This document shows positions 1-11,619 of a stretch of 64,000 bases of DNA, one piece after another (position 1 is the stretch's first letter; each line of letters begins with the position of its first letter). The translations under genes were made by a program, and so were the position numbers. This DNA is from Cladosporium halotolerans (lineage: Eukaryota). The stretch spans positions 372,001 to 436,000 of the forward strand of contig NW_027191459.1 of assembly GCF_011745625.1 (NCBI RefSeq), in the 5' to 3' direction. The notes under the pieces are model-generated. The model searched no databases, was not told the DNA's origin, and saw only the letters and a list, made by a program, of their open reading frames with translations.

Positions 1-984
1 TCACACGCCTTACGATCCTCCACTACTGGGCTTCAGGATTCTCCAATCCTGTCATGCATGATCTTCAGGGAGAAGTACGTGATTCTTGCTGCTATGTCCG
101 GACAGATAGTCATCGCAGACTTGGCAGGAAACGTCATCGAAAAGCGACGCGACCACACGAAGTACGTCGTCAACATCAAGGTTTCACAGGGGTCAGATAG
201 GACTTTGCTTGCAACTGCCGCATGGGACAACAAAGTCAACATATACTCTTTGCCGACTTCGGAGCCCCCAATGCTCGGAGAACCGATAGCAACTATCGAC
301 CTGCCATCGAAACCAGAGAGCATCGTCTTTCTTCAGCATCCTGAGTCGCAGCAGCCGATCTTGCTGGTCAGCCGGACCGACTCTACCCATCTCTACTACT
401 ACAGCACTGAGAAAGAGCCCAGGCTTCTCGGCCGGCAGAATCTTGCGCCTCATTCTAATGCTTGGGTTGCCTTCACGCCCTCCGCCCTGGCAGTCTGCCC
501 GACGGATTCCAGCCTCTTAGCATGTGCGACCTCTGCGGTACCGTCGATGAAATTGCTCATCGTCCGCATGCTCATTCCGCCTTGGGACGGCAAAGCAGAG
601 TCTGCTCCCGCGCCACTGCTTCGTACTTCCCTCTTGGATGACACCCCAGGTGCCACCGAAACACAGGCTTCGCAAGCTCGAGCGGCGCTTGCTCTAGCAG
701 ACAAAGAGGACGCGGCTATCCAGATCCACTGCACTACTCTTGCGCCGCAGACTGCCTACTCTACTCCCGCTGTCGCTTGGCGACCAGATGGCAGTGGTGT
801 GTGGGTAAACGGTGACGACGGAGCAATCCGCGGAATCGAGGCTGTGTCGGGCAAGATTGTCGCTACGCTCAAAGGACATGAAGCTGGGAGCAAAGTGAGA
901 TGCCTGTGGGCTGGCATGGTGGGCGAGGAGGAAAAGCTTGTTAGCGGTGGCTTTGACCAGAAGCTGATTGTTTGGAAGATCTAG
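1..984 (+). CDS. WD40-repeat protein (5'-truncated by window edge)
   Basis: Frame is open from base 1; WD40 motifs LLATAAWDNKVNIY, TLKGHEAGSKVRCL and LVSGGFDQKLIVWK. Confidence 0.85.
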   Translation, partial: SHALRSSTTGLQDSPILSCMIFREKYVILAAMSGQIVIADLAGNVIEKRRDHTKYVVNIKVSQGSDRTLLATAAWDNKVNIYSLPTSEPPMLGEPIATIDLPSKPESIVFLQHPESQQPILLVSRTDSTHLYYYSTEKEPRLLGRQNLAPHSNAWVAFTPSALAVCPTDSSLLACATSAVPSMKLLIVRMLIPPWDGKAESAPAPLLRTSLLDDTPGATETQASQARAALALADKEDAAIQIHCTTLAPQTAYSTPAVAWRPDGSGVWVNGDDGAIRGIEAVSGKIVATLKGHEAGSKVRCLWAGMVGEEEKLVSGGFDQKLIVWKI

Positions 985-1023
985 GCAAGGTGATCAGGTA
1001 ATCTAAGATGTATAATAGAGATC

Positions 1024-2760
1024 TCACAGCTTCATATTCCGTCGGCCATCTCCCACCAACCAGACCTGCACGTCAGATGACGACTGATAATCCTTGGGAA
1101 AAAACTCTGGACCGAGCGTCTTCTTCTGGACTTTCCCTGTTCCAGACTTCGGCAACTCGCCTGGAATAACTCGCAGCAACGTTGGCATTTTGTAACCCGC
1201 CAGTCTCGCTCTCAAATCTTGCCGCAATCGCTCAATTGTGAGCCTTTGTAGCGGCTTGTCGGTGTCTTTCGCTCCCTTCAAACACACCGCGGAGGCCACT
1301 CGCTGTCCGAACTCGTGGTCTTCGACTCCAACGACCATCACCTCAGCCACATACGGCAGCGCCATGATTTCTCGTTCTATGTCTAGAGCGCTGATCTTGT
1401 ACCCTCCACTCTTGATAATATCGACGCTCGCTCGGCCAAGAATCCAATAATATCTCCCTTCCCTTCGAGCAATATCCCCCGTCTTGTAGTAGCCCTCTTC
1501 ATCATGGGCTGCAGCCGTGGCAGCGGGGTCGAAGATATACTTCGAAAACATCTCGGGTCCTTTGATAAGAATCTCGCCTTGCATTCCAGTGCCATCCGAG
1601 CCCTCGCCTGTCGTTGACAGCTTGACATCGTAACCCGGAAACTTCGTCCCAACACTACCATCGGGAACATTTGGATCTGACAATGAGACTTTGAACACAG
1701 CGCCGATCTCCGAAGCGCCATAGCGAAGCAGGATTTTCCGTCCAAGAATCCCGGTCCAGAAATCTGCAATAGGTTTGGGCAGAGCGCTCGTACCGCAGAG
1801 ACAGGCTCGCAGCTTCCTTGCTCCCTCGATATACTTCCGCACATCAGTACGGTGAGCGATGGTCCGCTGATAGTACCGCATCATGCGCATATAGATTGTG
1901 GGAACGCCGGAGAAGAATGTCAGGCCGCCTTGCGCCCATCGGTTCCACGTCCATTCCGGGCTGAAGGAGCCGGAGCGGAATTCGATCAGAGCGCCGCTGA
2001 CTAGGAATGGGAAGAACATGATGCCTAAGCCTGTTGCGTGGTGTACAGGTAATAGATGAAGAAGGACGTCGTCTTGGGTGACTCGGTAGTGGTCCGCCAC
2101 TGCTAGGGCGCCGTCGAAGGTGTATGCTCGTCTCATGACGCTTCCTTTTGGTGGGCCGGTGGTTCCGCTCGTGAATATTACGACCCCGGGAGCGTTGTCG
2201 TCAAGGTATGGGTCTGTGGATATGACGATATCTTCAGGGTTCAAGACCGGTGTCCAAGTAGATGGTGATACCGGCAGGCACGTAAATCTGCTATGCGGAT
2301 CTTGGTCTCTGACCAGCTTCTCCAGATCGAGCCCTAATCGCAGAGCACCTGCTGAGACCAGGACTGCCGCGGCTCGAGACTTTTTCGCGAAGTAAAGTGC
2401 TTCCTCTGGTGGCAAAGCAACAGTCATTGGCACCGCCGCAGCACCAAGAGCGAGAACTGCAAGCATCGCCACTGCGTACTCGTGGCCACCAGGAGCGAGA
2501 ACGGCGATGTAGACCTCTTCACGGCGCTCGAGAGCGATCTGAACATCTTTGCTGAGCTCCGCCCATATCTTTTCCCTCAGAGCTAAAACATCGCTGAGGA
2601 GCTGAATGTGCGTTGCCTCTTTGCCGGTATTGCTGTCTCGTATCGCCAGTCTCGCGGGTTGCTGATGTGCAAACCGGAGCAGTCGCTGGAAAAGAGAGTG
2701 GCATGGCAAAATAGTTCGACCAGTATGTCGCGGTACATGGAGTGTACGGTCGTCCATCAT
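1024..2760 (-). CDS. AMP-dependent acyl-CoA synthetase (ACSF3/malonyl-CoA synthetase-like), possibly peroxisomal
   Basis: AMP-binding motifs IFTSGTTGPPKG, RYGASE, YYKTGDIA, GRASVDIIKSGGYKIS and LPKSGTGKVQK; first ATG at 2760; C-terminus -MKL resembles PTS1. Confidence 0.9.
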   Translation of the reverse strand: MMDDRTLHVPRHTGRTILPCHSLFQRLLRFAHQQPARLAIRDSNTGKEATHIQLLSDVLALREKIWAELSKDVQIALERREEVYIAVLAPGGHEYAVAMLAVLALGAAAVPMTVALPPEEALYFAKKSRAAAVLVSAGALRLGLDLEKLVRDQDPHSRFTCLPVSPSTWTPVLNPEDIVISTDPYLDDNAPGVVIFTSGTTGPPKGSVMRRAYTFDGALAVADHYRVTQDDVLLHLLPVHHATGLGIMFFPFLVSGALIEFRSGSFSPEWTWNRWAQGGLTFFSGVPTIYMRMMRYYQRTIAHRTDVRKYIEGARKLRACLCGTSALPKPIADFWTGILGRKILLRYGASEIGAVFKVSLSDPNVPDGSVGTKFPGYDVKLSTTGEGSDGTGMQGEILIKGPEMFSKYIFDPAATAAAHDEEGYYKTGDIARREGRYYWILGRASVDIIKSGGYKISALDIEREIMALPYVAEVMVVGVEDHEFGQRVASAVCLKGAKDTDKPLQRLTIERLRQDLRARLAGYKMPTLLRVIPGELPKSGTGKVQKKTLGPEFFPKDYQSSSDVQVWLVGDGRRNMKL

Positions 2761-3033
2761 CTCAAGCGTATTCAATCATCCACCGAGAAGTTGATTAATT
2801 AATAGAACGGTCATCCCTGGCTTCGGTACTGGGATAATTCAGATAATCAATTCCAACGTGACCCTCTTGTTTTGATCTTGAATAAATTTCGAAAAGCCAC
2901 TCCAGAGTTCATGTTCATATCTTTGACCTGATGTCGTCGACCGCCGGAAATAAACTTGCCTTCACTCAATGGTGGGGCTTGTTGCGGGGTGCTGATCTTC
3001 GTGCCGACCGCGCCGACTTCGCCTAAATCACGA

Positions 3034-3039
3034 CCGAGG
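3034..3039. promoter_or_regulatory. CCGAGG (=CCTCGG) FarA/Ctf1-type fatty-acid response element in bidirectional promoter
   Basis: Exact hexamer in the 439-bp gap between the divergent acyl-CoA synthetase and oxidase; a single hexamer can occur by chance. Confidence 0.45.
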
Positions 3040-3199
3040 ATATCATGTCAGCTAATGTCGAGATGTGAATGGAGATTTGGAGACAGTACTCTAGACAATG
3101 GCAGTTCAATGAACGCGCTCGTAAAATTTAATCAATCATCAGACTTTCGAATACAGGAGGGCTATCTTGTGTTGTCACCGGTTTCTAAGGGTCGCCACC

Positions 3200-5376
3200 A
3201 TGCCAGACTTCACGGACAACCTCAAACCGGCCGAACCATCAGGTCCATCGATCCTTGCTAAAGAACGCGGGCAATCAGACGTCCCAGTCGAAGAGCTTTC
3301 AAAACACCTCCTATCCAGCAACGGCTTTCTAGAACGACAAGCTCGCATCTTACCGATTCTGGAAAATGACCGTCTGTTCAGCAAAATCAAGCAAATGAAC
3401 CTCTCTAGACCAGAACGATATCACCTGGGACTTGCTCGAGCAAAAAAGCTACGACGACTCGCAGACCAGCATGGATGGGACCAAGATGATCACGACATGG
3501 CTGCCTACCTCTGTGATGACGTGAGCCCTTACATGGTTCATGTAGCCATGTTCATCACCACAGTCAAAGAACAGGGAAGTGACGAGCAAAGAGCTTATTG
3601 GATGCCGAAGATCAACAGCTGGGAAGTGATCGGGTGTTACGCTCAGTAAGTCCACTCTTCGCAATCAAAAGATGTGATCTGATGTTTGCTGCAGGACAGA
3701 ACTGGGCCACGGGAGCAACGTCCGCGGCATCGAATGCCAGGCACGCTGGTCGCCTGAGACGCAAGAGTTCATCATCCACAGCCCAACACTTACCGCCAGC
3801 AAATGGTGGAACGGCACCATGGGCCGCACAGCGAACCACGCTATAGTCGTCGCACAGCTAATGGTGCCGAAGTCGCGAAACTCCAAGGAGTTAGTCAGTC
3901 ACGGTCCGCATCCCTTCATTGTCCAGATCCGGGACATGAAGACTCACAAACCTCTGCCGGGAATCGCCGTTGGCGACATTGGCCCGAAGTACGGCTATGC
4001 GCCGATGGACAATGGTTACATGCTGTTCGATAACGTTAGGGTGCCGCACAACGCTATGTTGTCCAAGTATTCGTGGGTTGACCCGAATACTTGCACTTAT
4101 TCCAAGCCTTCGAATCCGGCCGTGGTGTACGGAAGCTTGACTGCCGTTCGAGCGAGCATTGTAATGCACGCTCGTCTTGTGCTCGCGCGCGCAGTCACTA
4201 TCGCAGTGCGCTACACTGCCATCCGACGGCAGTTTGCAGACCGAGACGATCAGTCAAAAGCAGCACCTGAGTTGTCAGTGCTCGATTACCGTATGTTTGC
4301 AATGCTGTCTGACATTTGAAACACGCCCTGCTGACAATGATTTTACAGCAACTGTTCAGATCCGCATATTGCCCCTGCTGGCGACAGCCTTCGCGTTGCA
4401 CTACACTGGCTCTGCCATGCAAGCCTTGTACCAGCGAACACGAGCAGACATCTCGAAAGGCGACTTCAGTAGACTTGCCGAGCTTCACAGCCAATCTTCG
4501 GGTCTGAAAAGCTTGTGCACAGACTACGCAGCCAACGGTATCGAGACTTGCCGTCGTGCGTTAGGCGGTCATGGGTTCGGCGGCGGATCAGGACTTATCC
4601 AGCTGAATTCAGATTACCTCTCAAAGCCGACAGTCGAGGGCGACAATTGGATGATCACGCAGCAGACTGCCAGTTACCTTATCAAGCGAATGGCAGCCGC
4701 AGAAGCTGGCAAGGGAGAACCGATCGACGAGGTTGAGCGATCATCCCGCGAATATCTCGCAGCGAAAAATCAGCTCTCTTCAGAGGACTTTAGAGTCCTC
4801 CGATCTGATGCTGACATTGTGTCAGCCTTCAAGAGGCGCTCAAGATACCTGACGTATGTCGCGTATGCTCAGCGCAACAAGGAAAACAAATCTTGGAACG
4901 ACCTTCTGCTCTTGCTGCGGAAGGTCTCAGTAGCCGAGTCTGAGTCTTTGCTCGTGGCGAACTTCCACATTGCTCTGGTTTCAAACGACGCAGGCTTGTC
5001 ATCGCAGTCGAAGAAACATCTCGAGAGGCTCTTCCGCCTCTACGCATACTACACCATGGACGCAAGCGCACGTGACTTCGCGAAAGCGCAGGCGGCCTCG
5101 GACAAGGACCTAGATCGCTTGCCCCATGTGATCCAGGATCTCATGGCACAGGTCCGCCCGCATGCTGTGAATCTGGTGGACGCATGGTGCATCCCAGACT
5201 TCTTGCTTGACTCGGCACTTGGTAGATACGATGGGAAGGTGTACGAGGACTTGTTCAACCGCGCACACAGGCTGAATCCGCTGAACGAGATCACGTTCAA
5301 TTCGGACTATCGCAGCGAGGAGATTGTGAGAGGCGGCGATGGGAAGGAGCTGGACAGGATACTTGCGAAGCTGTAG
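3200..5376 (+). CDS. Peroxisomal acyl-CoA oxidase (3 exons; introns 3646-3694, 4291-4348)
   Basis: Spliced IGCYAQ|TELGHGSNV, KWWNG, GDIGPKYG, AVRYTAIRRQF and CRRALGGHGF motifs; C-terminal PTS1 -AKL. Confidence 0.95.
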
Positions 5377-5484
5377 GCTTCGAATATTCGTGGTATTGGA
5401 AATTGAGAAGGCTCGTTCTAGCGCCAGCTGATAAAATGCCTCGAGGTAGGTGCGCTCATACTCGTACATTCGGAAGCTGTGGAT

Positions 5485-6282
5485 TTACTCCGTGCTTGAA
5501 GGTGCAAATCTCGCTTTTCTCTTTTCGGCGGCCTGCTTGTCGGCCTCCGTCATCCAGCTGCCAGGAACGGCATTGGCAGGCTTCTCCTTCTTCTCGGTGG
5601 GTTGTCTCTTCCCAGCGCCAGGCCTGACGCGGCTCCTCTTGCGGATCCCACCGTCCTGCGCTCCCTCTGCCGCCCTCTTCTTCTCCCTCTCCTTGCGCTC
5701 TGGGAGAGCCTGGTTCAGCAGACCAGGCACGTTTGTAGTACCAAACCTCTTCGCGCGCTCCAGCTGCTTGAGCGTCTCGTCGCTGCTGGGGTCAATGCCA
5801 AACTTCTCCGCGCGCTTCTTGCGCTTCGCGATCTCCTCTTCCAACGTCCGCTCCTGCAAGCCCAATGTGAATTCTTCAGGCGCCTTCTTCGATTCCGAAG
5901 CAGCCTCCGTACCCTGCGGCGCGTCGTCGGTCTTCGGCGCAGCGGGCGCGGCTCCCACTGCGGTGTCGGGCTTCGCAGGGTCCTCGCCTACCTGCTGGTT
6001 GGGCACAGCTTGAGGGTTCTGGGGTTGTCCAATGCCACCTGCGGCGATGGCAGTCGCATTTGGTTCGCTGGTAGCTGCTTTGGCGGTTTCGGTCGCGGGC
6101 TCCTCGTCCCAGTCGATCTCGTCTTCGGCGGCGGCGGGTTTAGCGGGCTCAGCGGTCTTGCCCTGCGCGTCGTGTTCTTCAAGGCGCTTGACGAGGTCCG
6201 CTTTCTTTCCGGTGTGGGCGAGACCGCGCTCCTTGCAGAGGGTCTGGAGCTCGTCGTTCTTTTTCTTGGCGTAGTCGGCCAT
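5485..6282 (-). CDS. THO1: SAP-domain ribonucleoprotein (Tho1/SARNP-like)
   Basis: N-terminal SAP domain (YAKKKNDELQTLCKERGLAHTGKKADLVKRL); repeated KKRAEKFG/RAKRFG/KRKARF motifs; ATG at 6282. Confidence 0.8.
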   Translation of the reverse strand: MADYAKKKNDELQTLCKERGLAHTGKKADLVKRLEEHDAQGKTAEPAKPAAAEDEIDWDEEPATETAKAATSEPNATAIAAGGIGQPQNPQAVPNQQVGEDPAKPDTAVGAAPAAPKTDDAPQGTEAASESKKAPEEFTLGLQERTLEEEIAKRKKRAEKFGIDPSSDETLKQLERAKRFGTTNVPGLLNQALPERKEREKKRAAEGAQDGGIRKRSRVRPGAGKRQPTEKKEKPANAVPGSWMTEADKQAAEKRKARFAPSSTE

Positions 6283-6881
6283 GGCGGTCGCGGAGGGTCG
6301 CCTTTTCCTAGTTGTGGACGGGTGGGACGTGTGAGAGGAATGCACTTGACGCGAAATCGAGAATGGGATGTTGTGGCTCAAGTGAGGGGAGAAGTGAACG
6401 TCTGCGAGAGCAACAAGAAGTCGCGCCTGGCGCGCGCGTTGGCCATCAAGAATGACGGGAAGCTGCAGCAAGCCGGCGGGCCGACTCCACAAACATTGAT
6501 GGCACGTGCATCTGGGAGAGGATCTTGGGCTCACTCGTCCCTCCTATCACATACAGGGGTAAAGTGCTTAGAGTGATGGTCCGGCTAACACAAGTGAGAG
6601 CAGTCCTCAGAAAATGAGAGTTCACCACGCAGTGAAGACGTACGCAAATGAGCGGTCATGTTACGAGCCACATGTCATTGCTGCAGCCAGGCTTGTTCGA
6701 AACATTTCTTCCACATCTAAACATCTTGCTCTGAAGGCTGCTGGATTCATTCGCGGAATCTTGTGTTCATCTCTAACAGCGCTACGCATCCTCGCTCGGG
6801 TATCTCACTCTGGATCTGCTACCTTGCGGTGCCTCTTCCTTTAACCATCCGGTGACCTCTTTTCGTCCGATTGCACCAAAA

Positions 6882-8234
6882 TCAATCCCATCTGTGAGCC
6901 TCGTCCGCCCAAGCCTTCTCCGTATATCCTATCTGTCCCTTTACTTTCTCCACCAAATCTTGGGGACCCATGTTCTTGCCAACATCGTCACTTAGCTTCA
7001 CGGCAGGGACACCCTTGGCTTCCGACAACTTGATCACGATGTTGAGCGGCACGCTCTTGTCATCTTTGCTCAGATGCGTGAAGTCGTTGGTGAAGAAGGT
7101 GCCGACACCGAACGCAGGTGTAAGACCGGCGGCCTCGGTTGCCTTCTTGTAGTGGATGCACTTCTCTACGTTGAGAGAGTCCGAGAACACGATGGTCTTG
7201 GGGTCTTTGATCCCCTGAGCGTCGTAGAACTTGCGCATGAGCTGGATGAAGTCCAGAGGGTCGCCGCTGTCTTGACGGGTGCCGGTGAATATCTGTGCGT
7301 AGGTCGGGTTGTTCGAGCCAATCTCGCTCGTAGTGTGGCTCTTCGGGGCTGGGCGAGTGAAGGCTTTGAGGAAGGCAGGGGTTCCAAAAGTGTCGGTGAG
7401 GGCGATGCTCAGTACGCCTTGACCGAAAGCACCTGTCCAATATTGTAATGCCTGTTCGTTTGCACCGGCGTAGTCGCCTGTGAGGGCAGCGATACCCATG
7501 AACCATTCGTGCGCCACGGTTCCGACTGGTGCAACGCCATACTTCATGGCGAAGTGTACGTTCGACGTTCCAGAAAATTTGCCGGCGAAGCCCTTGCCTT
7601 CTGCATCTCTTTTAGCATCGAGAAGCCCGGTCATTACGAGCTCGTGTGTTTTGTAGTCACGCCTCCGACGGCTGCCAAATTCGCTGAATGCGCACCCACC
7701 CTCCAGCAGTTGCATGGCTTTTTGCTTTGCCTTTTCGCGCTGACCGTCATGGTTCCAATCGGTGTCGACGAACTTGAAGTAAGCTTCTGAGACAAGGGCG
7801 AGCAGAGGAATCTCGTACAGGATGGTTTCAACCCAGAGACCAGAGATGGAGAGAGCAACTTCACCAGGCTGGTGGTCATTTTCCCCTGCATTCGAATCCG
7901 GCGAGAAAGTGAGCTTGAGCTGCTCATCGGGCCTCAAGTAAAAGGTCTTAAGATACTCGAGGTACTCTTTGCTCAAGTACGGACACGACTTCTCCAGCCA
8001 CGCGATTTCCTCGTCTGTGACTCGTATGTTGCCGAGTTTTTCGACCTGGTTCTGAAGCCATTTGAAAGCAGCCCGGTTGAGCTTCATGTGCGGTGTGCGG
8101 TTGGTAAATTTGTAAGAGACCGAGACATCCGGAAAGTATTTAAGTACTGCACATTGCATAGTCAATTTGTAGAGATCCGTGTCGAGCAGTGAGATCACGC
8201 CCTCAGGCGACGGCTGGCCGTCAATGGTAGTCAT
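6882..8234 (-). CDS. NPT1: Nicotinate phosphoribosyltransferase
   Basis: SLLDTDLYKLTM, SEFGSRRR, GTSNV, GTVAHEW, RQDSGDP, FSDSL and VKLSD motifs. Confidence 0.96.
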   Translation of the reverse strand: MTTIDGQPSPEGVISLLDTDLYKLTMQCAVLKYFPDVSVSYKFTNRTPHMKLNRAAFKWLQNQVEKLGNIRVTDEEIAWLEKSCPYLSKEYLEYLKTFYLRPDEQLKLTFSPDSNAGENDHQPGEVALSISGLWVETILYEIPLLALVSEAYFKFVDTDWNHDGQREKAKQKAMQLLEGGCAFSEFGSRRRRDYKTHELVMTGLLDAKRDAEGKGFAGKFSGTSNVHFAMKYGVAPVGTVAHEWFMGIAALTGDYAGANEQALQYWTGAFGQGVLSIALTDTFGTPAFLKAFTRPAPKSHTTSEIGSNNPTYAQIFTGTRQDSGDPLDFIQLMRKFYDAQGIKDPKTIVFSDSLNVEKCIHYKKATEAAGLTPAFGVGTFFTNDFTHLSKDDKSVPLNIVIKLSEAKGVPAVKLSDDVGKNMGPQDLVEKVKGQIGYTEKAWADEAHRWD

Positions 8235-8987
8235 CGTGAAAGCCGCACCGGATTCCAGTCTGGCTCTTGGTGGATGTTGATTGAGTGCCAGGCGAAGAAC
8301 TGAAAGCTGCTAATATAAGTGTGATGAAGACAGATCCGAAGTGTGGTTAACAAAAGTGTGGCCGGCGTTTGCTACAGAAACCCGCCAAAAAGCGCCGAAC
8401 GAATTGACAATCTAAGAACAGCAAAGGCCTTGACACTCTGATCGATTGAATAGAGTCAGTGAAACGCAGCTTGATAGTTTAGAATCTTTCACTTCATGTT
8501 AAGCCTTGACACGTGAATGCTCATCAGGATGTCATTTGATAGCGAGCAATCGAACAGTCATGCATCGATGCAGCAGCGTCGTCCCTTGCTTGAGGTTCAC
8601 CTGCGACCGCGGGCCGGATGACGCCAACGCGCGCGAAGTTCAGCCGCCGCATGCAGGAGCGCGCGCGCGGCGAAGATCGATAAGGAAGGTCCGACATCAT
8701 AGGGGACTATCAGTTTTCTGAGCTTCAGTGCGTATCGCGGTGCGACACTCATCACAAACACTCCGTGCGCACTTCACTTCTTCTTCGCTTATCACCAGCT
8801 GCAGGAGCACGGAGTGTTGTCTGTGCCGGCTTCTGATTGCTTCACGTCTCGGCGCTCTCACTGTCCAACGGCTCGGGCATTGCACTTCCTGAGTTCCCAC
8901 GCTCATTGGCTTCCCTACTCTTCTAAACCTTCTCCAACTCCAACCTAAACACCAAACACCAGACACCAAGCACCATATCCAATCAAG

Positions 8988-9653
8988 ATGTTGCGCTGGT
9001 AAGCCCACCTTCTCGACAACCAGACAATGCATTCGCTAATCGAAACGCCAACAGGTACCAATCCAAGCTGGCCTCGAGCCCGATCCTCACTCAGGCCATC
9101 ACCACTGGCGTCCTCTTCGCGACCGGCGATACTATGGCACAGCAGCTCGTTGAAAAGAAGGGTATCAAGAACCATGACATGGCTCGCACCGGTCGCATGG
9201 TCTTCTACGGCGGTTGCATCTTTGGTCCGGCTGCCACGAAGTGGTTCGGCTTCCTGCAGAAGAAGGTCGTCATCCCCGGCCGTCCCAATGCTCAGATCGT
9301 CGCACGCGTCTTGACCGATCAGACCGTGTTCGCCAGCACCAACCTGTTCTGCTTCCTGAGCACCATGGCACTGCTGGAGGGAACGGACCCGCGCAAGAAG
9401 TTGGAGAGCACCTACTTCAACGCGCTGTCCAAGAACTGGATGGTCTGGCCTATCGTCCAGTTCACGAACTTCAAGTTCGTGCCGTTGCCGCACCAGGTTC
9501 TCTTCGTCAACTTCATTTCCCTCGGTGAGTGCAATCGTTTGGAGTCCTCATCCATAATGCAAAACGTTGACCCACATGACAGGCTGGAACTGCTACCTCA
9601 GCATGCTCAACAGCCAGCCCCAGGGCGAGCCGGAGTACCCGCCGAACATTTGA
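8988..9653 (+). CDS. SYM1: Mpv17/PMP22 family protein Sym1 (introns 8999-9054, 9525-9582)
   Basis: Spliced MLRWYQSKLASSPILTQAITTGVLFATGDTMAQQ...DQTVFA...NWMVWP..QFTNF..VP...GWNCYLS. Confidence 0.92.
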
Positions 9654-9979
9654 GGAAATCATTTCCACGATAACGACACCCAAACACGCGCGCTGTGCCG
9701 ACTGCACAGCATCGGCTGCCGCTCTCTCATTTCCCACCAAAACAGGGCTACGAAGCATCCTGCGAACGCCAGCCCGGCGTTTTCATACAAGCAGCATTGA
9801 ACATTCTGAGACCTTCCTGCATCACGGCGTCTTTCCTCAGTATATACCCCAAGCGCTGCGCGAGGCTCCCGCAACGGCGCCCGGCAGGCGACGCGAGGCA
9901 TTAGTGGCGCATTGAGAGTTTTATCATTGTACAATAGAAGAACACACACAAGCAGAGTAGAATGATCATGACCCTCCTT

Positions 9980-10477
9980 TCATTCCTTCGCCTTCGCCTT
10001 TTCTTCCTCCTCGGGCGTCCGCGTCCTCAGCTGAAGTGCGTGAATGCCGCCTTCCGCCGCCATCTCGTCTTTCAGGAGGCCGTAGACCATCCGGTGGCGC
10101 GCGGGCTGCATTTTGGATTTGAAGGCTTCTGATGTGATGAATAGCCTGTGACTGTCAGCCAATGTCCCAAGTACAGTGACTTTCTGTCAGAATGATCCAT
10201 ACCGGAAATGCGTCTCCTTCGACGTGCTGTCCTTCATCGCCTGGTGGTGCGCGTGCTTGTGCGAGTCGTTGAAGATCTCCAGCGAGCTCGGTTTCAGCGC
10301 TTCGGTGACCTGTTGCACAAACAAGTTCGTCAGTTGAGCCTCCCTCAATCAGCAGGAAAAGCGACGGTGGCATCAAACCTTCGACCGAATCGCATCCTCC
10401 ATGGGCGTCTGGGAATTCGAAGACATGGTCGACAGCGGCCGGCGCAGCGCTGCGGACTGCACTGTTCTGCGGAGCAT
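9980..10477 (-). CDS. BolA family protein (BOLA1/Bol1/uvi31-like), 3 exons
   Basis: Spliced TPMEDAIRSK|VTEALKPSSLEIFNDSHKHAHH...ETHFR|LFITSEAF...ARHRMVY...GIHALQL; upstream in-frame ATG at 10477 adds MLRRTVQSAALRRPLST; second ATG at 10426. Confidence 0.9.
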
Positions 10478-10779
10478 CAAACAAGACCGTCTCCCCTTCC
10501 CTCCAGGGAATTAAGTCTTTTCTAATAAAGCGGGCACACGTGTGAAGTCGCAACAAAGCCGCGGTAGACGACCTTGATACACGACCGGATGACCAAAAGC
10601 GCAGCCAGGGTTCGCGCTCGCGCTCTCGCAAGCTGCAAGCCCACCGACCGGCCGCGCCGCGGCCGAGCTCGCGCGCATGATATCACCGCCTGCCTACCTT
10701 ACCCAGCTACGCTCCGCGCCCTCCCTCCCCCAAAACAACACAGCATGTAATACCCAAGACAGCCACGACCAGAAACACC

Positions 10780-11619
10780 ATGGCCCCAATCCGCCGCTAC
10801 CTGCGCATAACGAAATTCTCCGTCCTCGAAGTGCGCATCTACCCGGAGCAGCCCGCGGACGCGCCCTGGCTGCTCTCGAGCCGGGATCCCGTGCTGCCGC
10901 GCGTGCTCGACGAGGTGCGCCCGCTCGTGCTGCCCAAGCTGCGCGAGGAGAACGAGAACGCGCGCAAGAAGGGCGGCAAGAAGAAGAAGGGCATCAGGGA
11001 TGTCGCGGCGGGGGAGGACTTCGAGGTCGTGATGTTTTTGACGGAGGGCATGGCGAGGCATTCGATTGTTACGCGCGGGAGGGTTGCCGAGGAGGAGGAG
11101 GGGAGGGGGAGGCTGAGGAGTTCGGGGAAGGGGTTGGCGGGGTGGTTGAATAGTGGGGTTCGGGGGGAGGCGATTACGGTGGAGGATGATGAGGAAGGGG
11201 AGAGGGCGCTGGGGGATATTCCTGAGTTTGGAGGGGGCGGGGGGAAGAGGAGGGCCGGGGAGGAGGGTGAGGCGCTGTTCGTGAGTTCGGATGATGAGAC
11301 GGTTCGGACGCAGCGTTCGAAGCGGCGCAAGCGGACTACGAGGCAGCACAGGGGGCGCGACAGCGACGAAGAGGACAATGTGGAAGCGGCCGAGCCGGCG
11401 GATGAAGACGACAAGAAGAAGCTGGCGCTCAAGACGTCCTACGACGGCTTCAGCATCTACGGCCGCATCCTCTGCCTGATCGTCAAGCGCAAGGGAAAGA
11501 AGGCCGCCTCAAGCGCCGCAGCCGCGCCCGTCGCCGGCGGCAGCCAGATGATGGAGAACTGGGTCAGCACGCAAGTCGCGCAGGAGGCCGGTCTGCAGGA
11601 CGACGACGAGGATGGGTGA
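10780..11619 (+). CDS. Fungal hypothetical protein (279 aa, basic/acidic, likely nuclear)
   Basis: Intronless ORF with strong context (caccATGG), biased codon use and NLS-like KKGGKKKKG and RSKRRKR. Confidence 0.8.
   Translation: MAPIRRYLRITKFSVLEVRIYPEQPADAPWLLSSRDPVLPRVLDEVRPLVLPKLREENENARKKGGKKKKGIRDVAAGEDFEVVMFLTEGMARHSIVTRGRVAEEEEGRGRLRSSGKGLAGWLNSGVRGEAITVEDDEEGERALGDIPEFGGGGGKRRAGEEGEALFVSSDDETVRTQRSKRRKRTTRQHRGRDSDEEDNVEAAEPADEDDKKKLALKTSYDGFSIYGRILCLIVKRKGKKAASSAAAAPVAGGSQMMENWVSTQVAQEAGLQDDDEDG

Noticed and set aside
5602..6576. 324-aa + strand ORF
   Set aside because: Antisense shadow of the THO1-like gene
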